Source: Octopus vulgaris (lineage: Eukaryota). Taken from it: a DNA stretch of 64,000 nucleotides. The translations under genes were made by a program, and so were the position numbers. The notes under the pieces were generated by a model that did not search any database, was not told the origin of the DNA, and saw only the letters and a program-made list of their open reading frames with translations. Of the stretch, positions 1-12,256 are shown piece after piece (position 1 is the stretch's first letter; the number at the start of each line of letters is the position of its first letter). The stretch is from contig OX597818.1 in assembly GCA_951406725.2 (NCBI GenBank), positions 121,024,001-121,088,000 of the forward strand, in the 5' to 3' direction.

Positions 1-290
1 TCGCAAAGTGTGTTTCGTAAAAGATGGAAGTCTATAGCAAGTATGTTGCGAGTGAAAGAACCTGTTTAATCGAGAATGTGAAAAAGGAGAAAGCAAAGTC
101 TTCAGTGTGAGTATGTGGTTTGTGGGGTCAACCACGTCCTCCGCTTCATTTTTTGTTATTCACTCATTATCATTTAATTGTATATATTTTAATTATTTGT
201 TTATTCATATGTTTCGTCTCATTCGATACCCTGACCCCAACGTTTGTTTTGTCCCCTCTTTTTCTCAACCTTATGGTGAATAAAGAAATA
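1..290 (+). mobile_element. 3' end of Tx1/L1-like LINE
   Basis: Matches 23810-24099; ends GGTGAATAAAGAAATA followed by (CT)n. Confidence 0.8.
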
Positions 291-1119
291 CTCTCTCTCT
301 TTCTCGGCATCTCTCTCTCTTTCTCAGCGTCTCTATCACTCCCTCTCTCTTTCTCGACATCTCTCTCTCTTTCTCAGCATCTCTCTCCTTTTCTCGGCGT
401 CTCTCTCTCTCTCTCTCTCTCTTTCTGGTAATGTAACTGATTGTTGGATGTCAAATATACGAGTGACAGAGTAAGATGATTAAATATTTTACTGATGACG
501 AATTGGATGCTGTTTACATGATTTATGACAAAATGATTGATGGTAGGATGCCTGATATAGAAGGAGTGATAGATTGTAGGATCGATGAATATTGTTTTAT
601 TGACTATTGATCTGATTATGATTAGGTGATGTAGGTATTACGAATGATGGCAAAGGAACTGATAGAATAGAATGGCGGTATGCATAGATAACAAATGATA
701 AGATCGCCAATAAGATTGATTGGTGAGTGGTCTATTATTTGACGTTTTATCTGTTTAATTGTCAAATATTACATGATCTAATATTTGTTAGTCGACTTTA
801 TATGATGGTTTAATATTTACTAATTAAGTATTTTGTGGGTGAATAGTATCTTGTGGTCTAATAATTACGTCTCAACTCTTTGCTGCTTTAATCTTTAGCC
901 ATCCGTTGACTTACTGTTGATGCTTTTACTATCATTATGAGTATTCTGATTTTAGAATTTGTATACTCTGTCTCTGCAAAAGACGATAACAGGATTGGCG
1001 CAAGGAAGATCATCAAATTAAACACTGTATCATAAAATTAGTAAAAGCATTTGAAAGAGCCTTAGATCACAATACCGAAGTGTATAACATTTATTATGTC
1101 TTAAGTGTATATATTAATT

Positions 1120-1680
1120 GAAATCAAAATCAAATTCCATGACTGGCATCCGTGCTAGCGGGGTGCAAAGAGCACCATACAAGTGTGATCGTTGACAGAG
1201 CAGCTAACCGGCCTCCGTGCCAGTGGCACATAAAAGGCACCATTCGAATATGATCGTTACCAGCGTCGCCTTACTGGAACTTGTGCCCGTGCTAGTAGGG
1301 TGCCAAGAGCACCATCCGAGCGTGATCGTTGCCAGAGCAGCCAACTGGCTTCCGTGCCGGTGGCACATAAAAGGGCACCATTCGAGCGGGATCGTTACCA
1401 ACGTCGCCTCACTGGCACCCGTGCCGGTGGCATGTGTAAAAAGATTCGAGCGAGGTCATTACCAGTACCGCCTGACTGGCCCCCGAGCCGGTGGCACGTA
1501 AAAAGCACCCACTACACTCTCGGAGTGGTTGGTGTTAAGAAGGGCATCCAACTGTAGAAACTCTGCCAGATCAGATTGGAGCCTGGTGCAGCCATCTGGT
1601 TCGCCAGCCCTCAGTCAAAATCGTCCAACCCATGCTAACATTAAAAGCGGACGTTAAACGATGATGATGAGGAGGAGGAT
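1120..1680 (+). mobile_element. Interspersed repeat with internal ~65-bp subrepeats and a (GAT)n retroposon-like tail (copies ~24969-25529, ~48893-49453)
   Basis: Repeated CCGTGCCGGTGGCAC..AAAAG..CACCATTCGAGCG.GATCGTT modules; ends CCAACCCATGCT...GGACGTTAAACGATGATGATGA. Confidence 0.65.
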
Positions 1681-1748
1681 TCTAGCCTGGTTAGCTTTAG
1701 CACAGATCAGTAAATGTTTTGTTTACTGATTTATATATCTGAACAAGT

Positions 1749-1908
1749 CAGAGACTGACTGAGAGTATTAAGGGCCCTCGGGCATAACTGTTTACCGGGC
1801 CCCTTTGAATGTGTGTTTTAGTAGAGTGAACATGTAGAGTGCAGGCCCCTCAGAGCTCCGGGGGCCCTCAGGCAGTGCCCGATTTACCGACGGCTCAGTT
1901 CGCCTTTG
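1749..1908. mobile_element. hAT-like MITE (copies 25598-25757, 49522-49681)
   Basis: Perfect 8-bp TSD GAACAAGT (1741-1748, 1909-1916); imperfect 15-bp TIRs CAGAGACTGACTGAG / CTCAGTTCGCCTTTG. Confidence 0.75.
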
Positions 1909-3779
1909 GAACAAGTATTCTCAGCTTGGCTCAGATCGCCTGGGGTTTTCGTCAAATGAGGTTGAAACATCGTGCCAGGTGATTCTTTGGCATTTTCATT
2001 TTGAAATACATCTCTAAGATGAATTACTACAATTAGTACCATTCCACATTTGTATATACATTATAAATGTACACACCTCAGTACTTTTAATGAAGGTTAC
2101 TTCAGTTAATTTTTTATTCCTATTCATTATTTTGTTTTATTTTCTAACTGATTTGTCTGTCATACTGATCTTCCCGTCATGATAAAAAGTGTTTTTAAAT
2201 AAAATTTAACATCAGTTCGTAAAATGTGACGAAGAAGGACTCACCTTAGGTATGAATATAGCAGATTGAGTAAATAAAGCAAATAGCCAAATTATGACTG
2301 TAAGACCAGAATTCACCACAACAGGCTTTTCTCGAAACAGGTGCCAAAGAGCAATGCTACTGCTGCACAAGATGAAGACCGTCAGAATTATCAGTATCAT
2401 AGGTTTAGCATCGTCCATTGAAGGTAAAGTAATGTTACGAATTTGCCAGGCTACATATAAGCCGAATGACAAAACGCTTCCTTTATAGATAAACAATAAT
2501 GACATCCATATGTATTCGAACTCACAACAACATCTGGGTACATTGATGACGCTGGATGCATTCATGTTAGATCTGGATGTTAAGTTTTCCTGTAAGTATA
2601 GGAATATCACTGAACAATTTTACTCAAAATTGTTCGGTTAAAGAGCGGTTGAGTTATTTCTCGTAATGTTAATAAATTTAATGATTATTTGGCAATTAGA
2701 TAAAAGAGAAACATTTATTGGAAAATTTAATAAAATAGAATGCTTATTTGTCAATTTAAATATAGAAAAACTATTATTTGGTAATTTAAGTAAAAATGAT
2801 TTTTATCAATTTAATCAACTGTAACTGTAGACTATATTGCGAATTTATTCATCTGTATAATATAATATACACATAACGCACACTCACACACACACCGACA
2901 CACTATAAGAGCGAAGTATTTGAAGCATCAAAATTGGCGTCAATAGATTAGATTAAGAAAGTAGATATACTTTCATGTACCTCGAGGTTATATTGTATTT
3001 AATAAGACCATAAAATTATCATAATACTTTTTCTGGCTTAATCAGAGAAAAGTGCCGCTCTTATAGCAAAGCAATGAAGCTGAATGCTCTAGTTAACTCT
3101 AGTTAACTAAAACAAAGACAGATATCTGAGCTGACAACTATAGTTACATAAAATCATTTTTTAATAGAAATCATCGTAACATGTTAACTGGAGCCAGATG
3201 AAATTAACTTCGCGTCATATACGAACTCAGGGCTAATCGCTTGTTATTTTATATGTACTCTAACAAGCTTTTTCTTTGCAAATAAGAATTTACTCGACAG
3301 CCATTGAAGCTGATACTTAATTCTATATACTGGATTCTCCCTGATATCAGTAAACTATGGAATTTTGGCAGCCGCCTTTATATCTTAGGAATATGAAAAG
3401 TACCACACATTAGAAGTAGGTTTCTACTTGGCAATAAAGGGCCCTCTGTGGTTGCTCGGCTTACGAGAAATAGCAGCCAAGTATCTCCCCCCCCTCTCTC
3501 TCTTTCTCTCTCTCTCAGCCGTCGTAAAGAAAAGACAAAATGGGCGATGTAGACCTTGGCATACAAAATAACAAGATGTTCGCGACTGGAATATCATTGA
3601 CCCTCGGTTTGTTTTTTTAGAGCTTATATGAGAATAAAAGTAACTTCAAGAGTATTGAGTTCCCAGAGTTAAACTTGCGATACAGTCTCAGTTTTCAATT
3701 GTTGTTATATATCTTGTTTTCTAAATCGGGAATGGGAAGAATGCCATGTAATCTCATATCTATAAACATTATAAATCTA

Positions 3780-4218
3780 GGATTCTTTTCAGTTTGAACG
3801 GCAGTTTTTTCTAGCGGTGTCATATGAAATTGTCACCCATAATTATGACCCTAGTATCGATCTGTTACATTTCAATCTGTTTTAGGGTTAGGGTTAGTTA
3901 GGATTAGGGTTTGGGTTAGGGGTGAGGGGAAGGGTATCTTTTTTTCTTCAGAAATGTAAATAAACCCAATCTGTTTCTTAAACGAGGGACATATGCATAC
4001 GGCACAGAATGTTTTCACCTCAATGGACGTCATTGATTGGTTGAAATTGCAGAAATTGAAGAAAAAAACAACAAATATCTTACAAACTATAGAATTTTCT
4101 CAATAAAGCCAAGAGAAAAAGATGTTTTATAAACACATTCTACCAGTATACGAAGTTTAAAAGTGTTTAGTTACGTGGAAATTATTTTTAAAAACTGCCG
4201 GTCAAACCGGAATGATCC
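3780..4218. mobile_element. Non-autonomous TIR element with internal TTAGGG-like tract (copies 27629-28067, 51556-51994)
   Basis: ~29-bp imperfect TIRs GGAT(T/C)CTTTTCAGTTTGAACGGCAGTTTTT / AAAAACTGCCGGTCAAACCGGAA(T/A)GATCC; AAATCTA repeated on both flanks. Confidence 0.75.
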
Positions 4219-4422
4219 GAAATCTAATAAACATATATAAATCTCACTTACTTTGGTAATTATTGGAATAAATCGATGCTTTAATGGATCCAGAGCTTGC
4301 CAGAACGTCATAAAAAACATGTCTACAGATAGATTTGCTCCAATGAATATAAACAACCGCAAATCTTTAATAACCTGTCAAATCACATGTGCAAAATTAA
4401 ATCAAATTTTACTGAAATTTCA

Positions 4423-4476
4423 ATCATTATTATTATCATTATTATTATTATTATCATCATCATTATTATTATTATC

Positions 4477-4513
<37 letters not shown>

Positions 4514-4572
4514 ATAGTAGTAGTAGTGGTGGTGGTGGTGGTGGTGGTGGTGGTGGTGGTGGTGGTGGTGGT
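4423..4572. repeat. Compound microsatellite (ATT/ATC)n-(AGT)n-(GGT)n
   Basis: Direct reading; length differs between units. Confidence 0.95.
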
Positions 4573-5288
4573 GCGGCTAAGTTTTCTTTAAAATTTGTTG
4601 TTTCATTAGTTGGTTTAGTAGACATTAGCTATGGAGGAAAAAATCCAAAATTATTATTTAATGCGGCCAATATTAGTCGAATCAACTTCTAGTTGATGGT
4701 ATTTCTGGCGGACCGTTTCTATTTAATAACTCAACTGAATAATCCTTCATTATTTCTTTCTCTGCGACGTTAATGCTATCAACACGTCTATATGATATAG
4801 TATTTCTTGGCATAAGATGAAGATGTCATTGTTTGTTGGTTTCAAAACATGTGTGAAAAGTCTGGCTGCATCCGAAAAAATATATATTATGAAACAAAAG
4901 TAAACACAAAATTTATTACACGAATCTGTTACCACCACGACAGTCAACTATTTAACGCTGAACACGAGTTTGATGTTGAATACATCCACGAATTTTCTGC
5001 TCAGATAGCTCTTCCCAAGACTGCAAGACGGCTTCGTGCAATTCATGCCACGCTGTAGGGTTTTTCAGTTCAACTTTATCGACCAAAGTTAATAATGATT
5101 CTGCTAATTCCACGTGTAAACATATGCTGAATGAAACTCACTGAATAAATCTTAATTAACTGTGTTGTCAATTGTATGCGCCTGACATATGCTAACGTGT
5201 ATGCAGCCAGACTTTTCACACAGAGGATACATTTTAAGAGTTATTGTTATGATTATCTATCTTTGAGATGACAGACTTACAATTTACG

Positions 5289-5743
5289 TTTCAACAACAA
5301 CTATCGGCGGTGTATTTTTCGTTTGTCACTGTTATTTATGACATCGTTCGTGCGTTTGTACTGGTTTTAAGGTTTTAGGGTTATGGTTAGGGTTTTAGGG
5401 TTTTAGGGTTAGGGTTTTAGAGTTAGGGTTAGGGTTAGGGTTTTAGAGTTAGGGTTAGGATTTTACGGTTAGGGTTAGGGTTGTCATAAATAACAGTGGC
5501 AAACGAAATATACACCGCTGGAAGTTCTTGTTGAGAAACAACAGCAGTAATTTTATTCAGCTGAATACACGTCATTGATTGGTTGAAATTACCGAAATAG
5601 GACAACTTTAATGTTAAATTTTCTCAAAAATGCTAAGAGTAAAAGATGTTTCATATGACACACTCTACCAGTGTCCAAAGTTTGAAAGTGTTTCGTTACA
5701 AAAAAATGATTTTAAAAATCTGTAGGTCAAAAGGTAAATATCC
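5289..5743. mobile_element. Related element: ~55-bp inverted arms around a telomere-like tract, plus shared terminal module (copies 29111-29565, 53081-53535)
   Basis: Arms 5289-5343 and 5482-5538; TTAGGG/TTTTAGGG tract 5364-5481; 5570-5743 resembles 4027-4218. Confidence 0.65.
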
Positions 5744-7699
5744 AAAAATCTTTGAATAACGTATAGCCTATGCCTGGAAAAAGGCATAATTGTCACAGCT
5801 GGAATGTGCTTAAACACTGTACTGCTCAATCAATGCTGACCTGGAACTAAACCACAATTACCCACTGCGCTGACACCCAGAAAGCCATTGGATGAAAATG
5901 TAGAGATGTGTATGTGTGTGTGTGGTTATTACTTAGCACACTCTTGAAAGCTGCCTTCTTGAAGATTTGGTTGACACGCCAACATTTCGCTAAAATTGGC
6001 ACCAAAATCAGTGTAAAAGAACAAACCAGAAACCAAGCACGTATCTGAAATGGAAGGCAGAGTTAAATGAGGAAAAAACTGTCTCGAATATGAGATCAAG
6101 TGAATGGAAATTATTTTGTTATTTACGAGCTCAAAACCTACTGCAAATGTGGCTATAGCACCTACTTACTGCAAGAGAACTGCTAGGAGTTTTAAGAAAA
6201 GACGACAGACATAGGTAAAATGCACGTGCAAAGGGCCCCAAATAAATGCATAAATAAATATGAATTTATTTCGACCAAAACCAGTGAAAAAACATGTAAA
6301 GAATGTGGACCGCATCACCTTTCGTTTTTTTGTTTTTTTTTTACAGAATTCCCCATTTTCGTGTTTGTCTCCACCATCACCACTTGACAGCCGGTGTTGG
6401 TGTGTTTATGTCCCTGTAACTTAGCGGTTCGGCAAAAGACACCGATAGAATAAGTACTAGGCTTTAAAACAAAATAAGTCGTGGGGTCAAGTTCTTTGAT
6501 TAAAACCCTTCAAGGTGGTGTTCCAGCATGGCCGCGGTGAAATGACTGAAACAAATAAAAGATTAAAAGTGTGTGTGCGTTCTTGTGTATGTGTGTGTGT
6601 GTGTGTTAGCACTATCTCCGCCAACGTAAATTAAACTTGATCAAATATTCATCAAATACTTTTTTACTTTCTAATTTCACTGTTGTTAAATGCTTTTTTT
6701 TAATTTTCAGGAAAATTTCAATAAAACATTTGCATTCTCCATTTCCCAAGAGACATAAGCGTGTTTTTCACGCATTCAAGCCATTAAAAGTTTTCATGTT
6801 ATACGTCATCTGTACGTTCTATTTGGTCACATGATAAAGTATGTCGTCTGCTCGCTGTATTTGCTCCTCCTTAGTTAAAACACATCGCAGCTTCCTTGAA
6901 TTTTCAAGGAATTTCTTCCACCCACGGACCTGAGAGTAACTATGTACCACCTTGCAAAATTTTTCTAAGAAGCCCTGAAAGTTTATATAATTTTTTTTTT
7001 TTTGTAGGAGTGGCTTACTTACGAACCACATGGTTCCGGTTCTGTCCCACTGCGTGGCACCTTGGGCAAGTGTCTTCTACTATAGACTCGGGTCGACCAA
7101 AGCCTTGTGAGTGGATTTGGTAGATGGAAACTGAAAGAAGCCCGTCGTATGACATGCTTTCATGACATGAAAGTATATGTGCATGAATGAGAAATAGGAA
7201 GAGAGCGACTGAGAGATAAGGGGGAGACAGACAGACAATCACATACACAGAGAAAGGCACAAAGACAGACAGGCACACAGGCAGACAGGCATACACAGAC
7301 AGATGCACACACACACACACACAGGCTAACAGATACAGACAGACAGACACACAGAGAAAGGCACAAAGACAGACAGGTACACAGGCAGACAAGCACACAG
7401 ACAGACAGTCACACAGGCTGACCGATACACAGACAGACAGAGATTCAGAAATAGAGGCAGGTCAATGAAAGCTCAGTAAGAGTTCTGATAATAACAGCAA
7501 CAATAGTTTACCTGGCATAGCAATGTTGCTGCAAAGCTGTGATATTGAGTATAGACTTGGAGACCATAAATGAGACAACAGCTATTTGATAGCATACTTC
7601 CAGTGCAAGTCACTGCATTCAGATGTGGGCTTGACATTTTGATTAATCTATATGTGAGTAAAAAAAAAAGAGTCATGTAATTAGAAAGGAAAGGAAGCT

Positions 7700-7810
7700 A
7701 AAGAAGAAGAAGAAGAAGAAGAAGAAGAAGAAGAAGAAGAAGAAGAAGAAGAAGAAGAAGAAGAAGAAGAAGAAGAAGAAGAAGAAGAAGAAGAAGAAGA
7801 AAGAAAGAAA
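7700..7810. repeat. (GAA)n microsatellite
   Basis: Direct reading. Confidence 0.95.
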
Positions 7811-8070
7811 ATAGAGAAATGGTGACTTTTCTAAAGTTGATTCAACATTAGACATTGTTTCTTTCCAGAAGGGTTTTAAATCAGAAATTATTTGTTTGGG
7901 GTGATTGTGTGGTAAATAGCTTCCTTACCAACCACATGGTCCCGGGTTCAGTTCCACTGCGTGGTACCTTGGGCAAGTGTCTTCTACTATAGCTTCAGGC
8001 CAACCAAAGCCTTGTGAGTGGATTTGGTAGACGGAAGCTGAAAGAAGCCCGTTGTATATATGTGTATATA

Positions 8071-8125
<55 letters not shown>

Positions 8126-8230
8126 GAGTGTATTTTTACCTTGTTAACAATTAACACGGAAAATATAAATAAATAGTTACCAGGGCAGCAAAAATATTTG
8201 ATTACACCGGCGTTAACTCCATTTTTTTTA

Positions 8231-8267
<37 letters not shown>

Positions 8268-11214
8268 GTATATGTATATGTGTATATATATATATGTATA
8301 TATATGTCTGCTCAGAAATCAAGCAAACTTCAAGAATAATAGTTAAGGTGCTGGCATAGCCATGTAGTTAAGCAGTTAGCTTCACAAACACAAGCGTCTG
8401 GGTTTGATCCTATTATGTTATACCTTGGTAAAGTGTCTTCTACTGGGATGTGTAAGGTTTAGTTAACAGAAACTATACTGAAGCTCATCATATATGTGCA
8501 TGTGTATATGTGTAGTTGTGCTGAAGTATTCTGGTGTAGAACAGTACATCAAGTTGTAGCTCAGTCTACCAAAGGAGATCAAATTCATCTATTTGATAAA
8601 CAAGGATCAATAAAGTTGAAAGAAGTACATGGGTGGGTGTGATCCATTGAAATTATCTTGTTGTTGTTGTTAAGCAACAAGACTGGTAAGGATGATTAGG
8701 TGATGGTCTAGGGCTTAGGGGCGAGAGACCCCAGACCTTGGAGAAAAAAAAAAACTTTGGTCATCATGTTGTAGTTGAGGGCTCTTCGTTGACACCCGAC
8801 ACCACTGGGTGGTGGCCCTCGAAGTCGTTGGAAATGGAAATCTCCAGGTCCAAATTCTTGAACGGCTTGAAATTCTCTTGAAAGCAATGTCCCAGCATTT
8901 TGCATTGTGGTAGACTTAATCCATCACCCAGTTTAACATCTCCACCTGGCTCTAAAGTGTCTTTTCATGAGTCCTTTCTGTTACAAGAATTTGAACAGGG
9001 TCTCCAATTTGAGGATAACTTCCATGCTTCTTAACTTCCAGTTATCATTCCCACCACTACCACCACCACCATCACCATCAAAATCATCAACCATGATAAT
9101 TGTTCTTTCGCCACTCAGTCAGTCATGATAAATATAAAACCAGAAACCTGATGAATGAAATTGACAGGAAAAATTAAAAGCATAAAAAGAGAAAATAATT
9201 TACCTGTGTTTTCTATAAAAGATATTGAAAGCCAAGAAGTATATAGACACAATGGTACCCGTGGTGGCCAGAAAGATTGAGAGCCAAAATAGTTCCTGAG
9301 TTAAAGGTTTGTCCATTTTATTTCAAACATCCATTGAGTATGTTCCACTTCGCTACAAGACAAAAAAAAACTAAATCAAGAAATTTATAGAATGTGATTT
9401 ATTAATATTATCGCTACTGCTATTATTATTACTACTCTTCATAGGCTGTTACTGACAACCAATCAGTATCCTCGTTAGCAGCTGCAGTGCCGTTTTCATT
9501 ATCATCACCATCATAGTCGTTGTCATCATCTTCATCAACATCAACATCATCGTTGTCATGGTCAGCATCTCTAACAACACAATCTGCACAATCATTACTG
9601 ACATTAATATTGATTTCTAACAGACACAACACAGCTTGTCAAATTTTGGACAGGTTTGAAATTGATCCCAGTAATTCACTGGTACTTTATTTTATCGATC
9701 AGCAGAATAGTGAAAGATTATGTTGACCTTGGGGGGATTTGAACCTAAAACATACTGAGCTGTAACTAAATACCATAAGGTGCTTTGTCTGACACTCTAA
9801 TGATTCTGCCAAACCACCATCCCTAACTATCATCAATATCACTGATCCACAAGGCAGCAAGTTAGCCGAACCATAAGCAAACTCAGCAAAATGCTTAATG
9901 GCATTTTGTCTGTCTATACATTCTGAGTTCAAATTCTACCAAGGTCGACTTTGCCTTTCATCCTTTCAGGGTTGATGAAAATAAGTACCAGTTGAACACT
10001 GGGGTCGATGTAATTCACTAACCCCTCGCTTGATATTGCTGGCCTTATGCCAAAATTTGAAACCAATATTACTAGTCCACTATATTACTATCATCAGACC
10101 AGCATTACCAAAATTAATGTCAGCTAGAAGTCACCTTTGTCTTCGACAAAAACCAGTAACAATAATAACAAAGCCTGCAGTTTTTCACGGGAAGGAGTTA
10201 GCTCCAAGGACTTGAATGGTACTTAATTTTATTGACCCTAGATGAAAGCAAAGTTGACCTCAATTAGATCTGAACTCAGAATATCAAGAGCCAGAACTAA
10301 TATGGCAAGTTTTTTTCCAACACTTAAGCAATTTTATCAGCTCACTGTCTTAACAATAATGATTACTGCAGTAGCAACAACAATATCAAGCACTTAGGAC
10401 ATGTAAGAGAGAGGCAACATACTCTGATTGCCACACCACAGACTACACAACAAGTCTTCGTTCATACGTAGATCACATAACATTTCACAATGAAAATAAA
10501 CCTCATACACCATGCATTCACTATCTCTTACAAACCACAAATTAGTTTTCTTCTATCTCACTTACAAACCACAAAACAGTTTTCATTATGACATTACAGG
10601 TCTCATAACGTCTTCATTTCTATTCTATAAACCACCCAACATAACTTTGCTATCACACTGCAGGCCAGACATGTCTTCACTCCCATGCAACACTTCACAA
10701 AGCATGCCTTCACTCCTGTACTTCGCACCACATAATATCTTCATACTACACCACACATCACACATATCTTAACTACCTCACAACAAGCCACACATCTTCA
10801 CTCTGCACTATACACCGCACAATATGCCTTCTCTCTGAACTACATGCTTCACAACATGGTTTCACTATCACACTACATGTCACACAATAGCTCCATGATT
10901 TTCAGTGTCTTAGTCAAAAAAGGACAAGGTTCCTTGTCCACTTCGAACACTTCCAAAATTAGTAGGAGGAAAGTACTGAGACTTTAGTTTCAATACTTAA
11001 GGCAACCACAGACCAGACAGTGGTATTAAATAGGGAAGGGATGGATTAAAAGTAGCACACTTCACATTGCACATGTCCTCATTAACATACTACAACTTAT
11101 ATGATGTTCTCCATTCCACACTACATCCCATGCAGCATATCTTCACTGCCATATTATTTGCTACAGTGCTACACAATCTTCTATCACATTAAACAATTAC
11201 ACATGTTCTCAATA

Positions 11215-11545
11215 GGTGCAGGAGTGGCTGTGTGGTAAGTAGCTTGCTTACCAACCTCATGGTCCCGTGTTCATTCCCACTGCATGGCACCTTAGGCAAG
11301 TGTCTACTACTATGGCCTCGGGCTGACCAAAGCCTTCTGAGTGGATTTGGTAGACGGAAACTGAAAGAAGCCCATTGTATATATGTATATATATATGTGT
11401 GTGTGTGTTTGTGTATCTGTGTTTGTCCCCCCAACATCGTTTGACAACTGATGCTGATGTGTCTATGTCCCCGTAACTTAGCGGTTCAGCAAAAGAGACC
11501 AATAGAATAAATACTAGGCTTACAAAGAATAAGTCCTGGGGGTTA
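11215..11545 (+). mobile_element. SINE family A (3' 76 bp deleted in this unit only)
   Basis: Same consensus as 12257-12660; intact at ~35069-35472 and ~59036-59440. Confidence 0.85.
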
Positions 11546-12256
11546 TACTGCCTCTCATGCAACCAACTACTACATCAGAGGGTGTATACTGTAGGGTCAA
11601 TACACATTGAAGTTATTATGTGACTGTAAACTATGAAAACAAGAACAGCAGTAATAGCTGACAACTTGGTCTTGTCTTACCATCATGTGAAGTCCGGATT
11701 GCTAGAAATGGTAGTCAAAGTCTCAAAGTTTTAGCAACACCAACATTTTCTTCAGACTATGAAACATAATATAAAGTGAGATATTAACCTGCTGATGTTG
11801 ATAACAAAGGCACTGCAGAGTGGCTGAATTTTTCATTGGTGCTCATTGCTGATCGTTTAAGCTTAATGTGGACAATTCCTGTATAGGTATGATTATTGTT
11901 ACAGAAGTGTCAAGTAGCTTAATTTTCAAGCCACCAGATTCTCGAGTGTAGAGTGGGGATTTGTTATTCCTGTAATCTGTCATGACTTGTATATGTACAT
12001 TCAAAGTGACATGTATTGATGTTGTAGTCTAGCAACTAGCAAATCTGAAGTACATGGTCAGCTGCTTTAAAGAAATAACAATAACATCAATGGCAATAGT
12101 AGTAACACCAACAAAAGTAACAATAGTAAGAACTATATCAGTAACAATAACAAAAAGTTGACTAAGAAGCCATTACTACATGCTCTCTCTACTATCGCTG
12201 CACTTCAACTCGCAAGAAATAACTGCTAAATCAAAGTACAAATTGTTTAAGATATA

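Larger units (their letters stand above)
2245..9316 (-). pseudogene. GPR156-like duplicate, exons 1-5 (exons 6-7 expected left of the window), same donor mutation
   Basis: Exons 9204-9316, 7512-7647, 5937-6044, 4252-4374, 2245-2589; donor CTAAGT at 5936. Confidence 0.75.

Noticed and set aside
4253-4692. Poly-I/S/G/V/P ORFs (also poly-H/M at 13671-14255, poly-F at 7673-7855, IY/ER at 16112-16573, LS/ER at 21702-22216)
   Set aside because: Translations of microsatellites
5364-5481. True telomere or chromosome fusion site
   Set aside because: Short, degenerate, single orientation and embedded in a repeat element inside an intron
8650-9020. GC-richer segment with a 65-83 aa minus-strand ORF and an (AAC)n end
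   Set aside because: May be a LINE 3' fragment, but no motif was recognisable and the frame differs between copies
2245-9316. Canonical GABA-B receptor subunit whose ectodomain exons lie outside the window
   Set aside because: An in-frame TGA in the TM1 exon precedes a well-placed ATG, and the motifs fit GPR156 better; not fully excluded without transcripts
9432-9632. Acidic D-rich ORF
   Set aside because: Degenerate (CAT/GAT) low-complexity tract without convincing splice context
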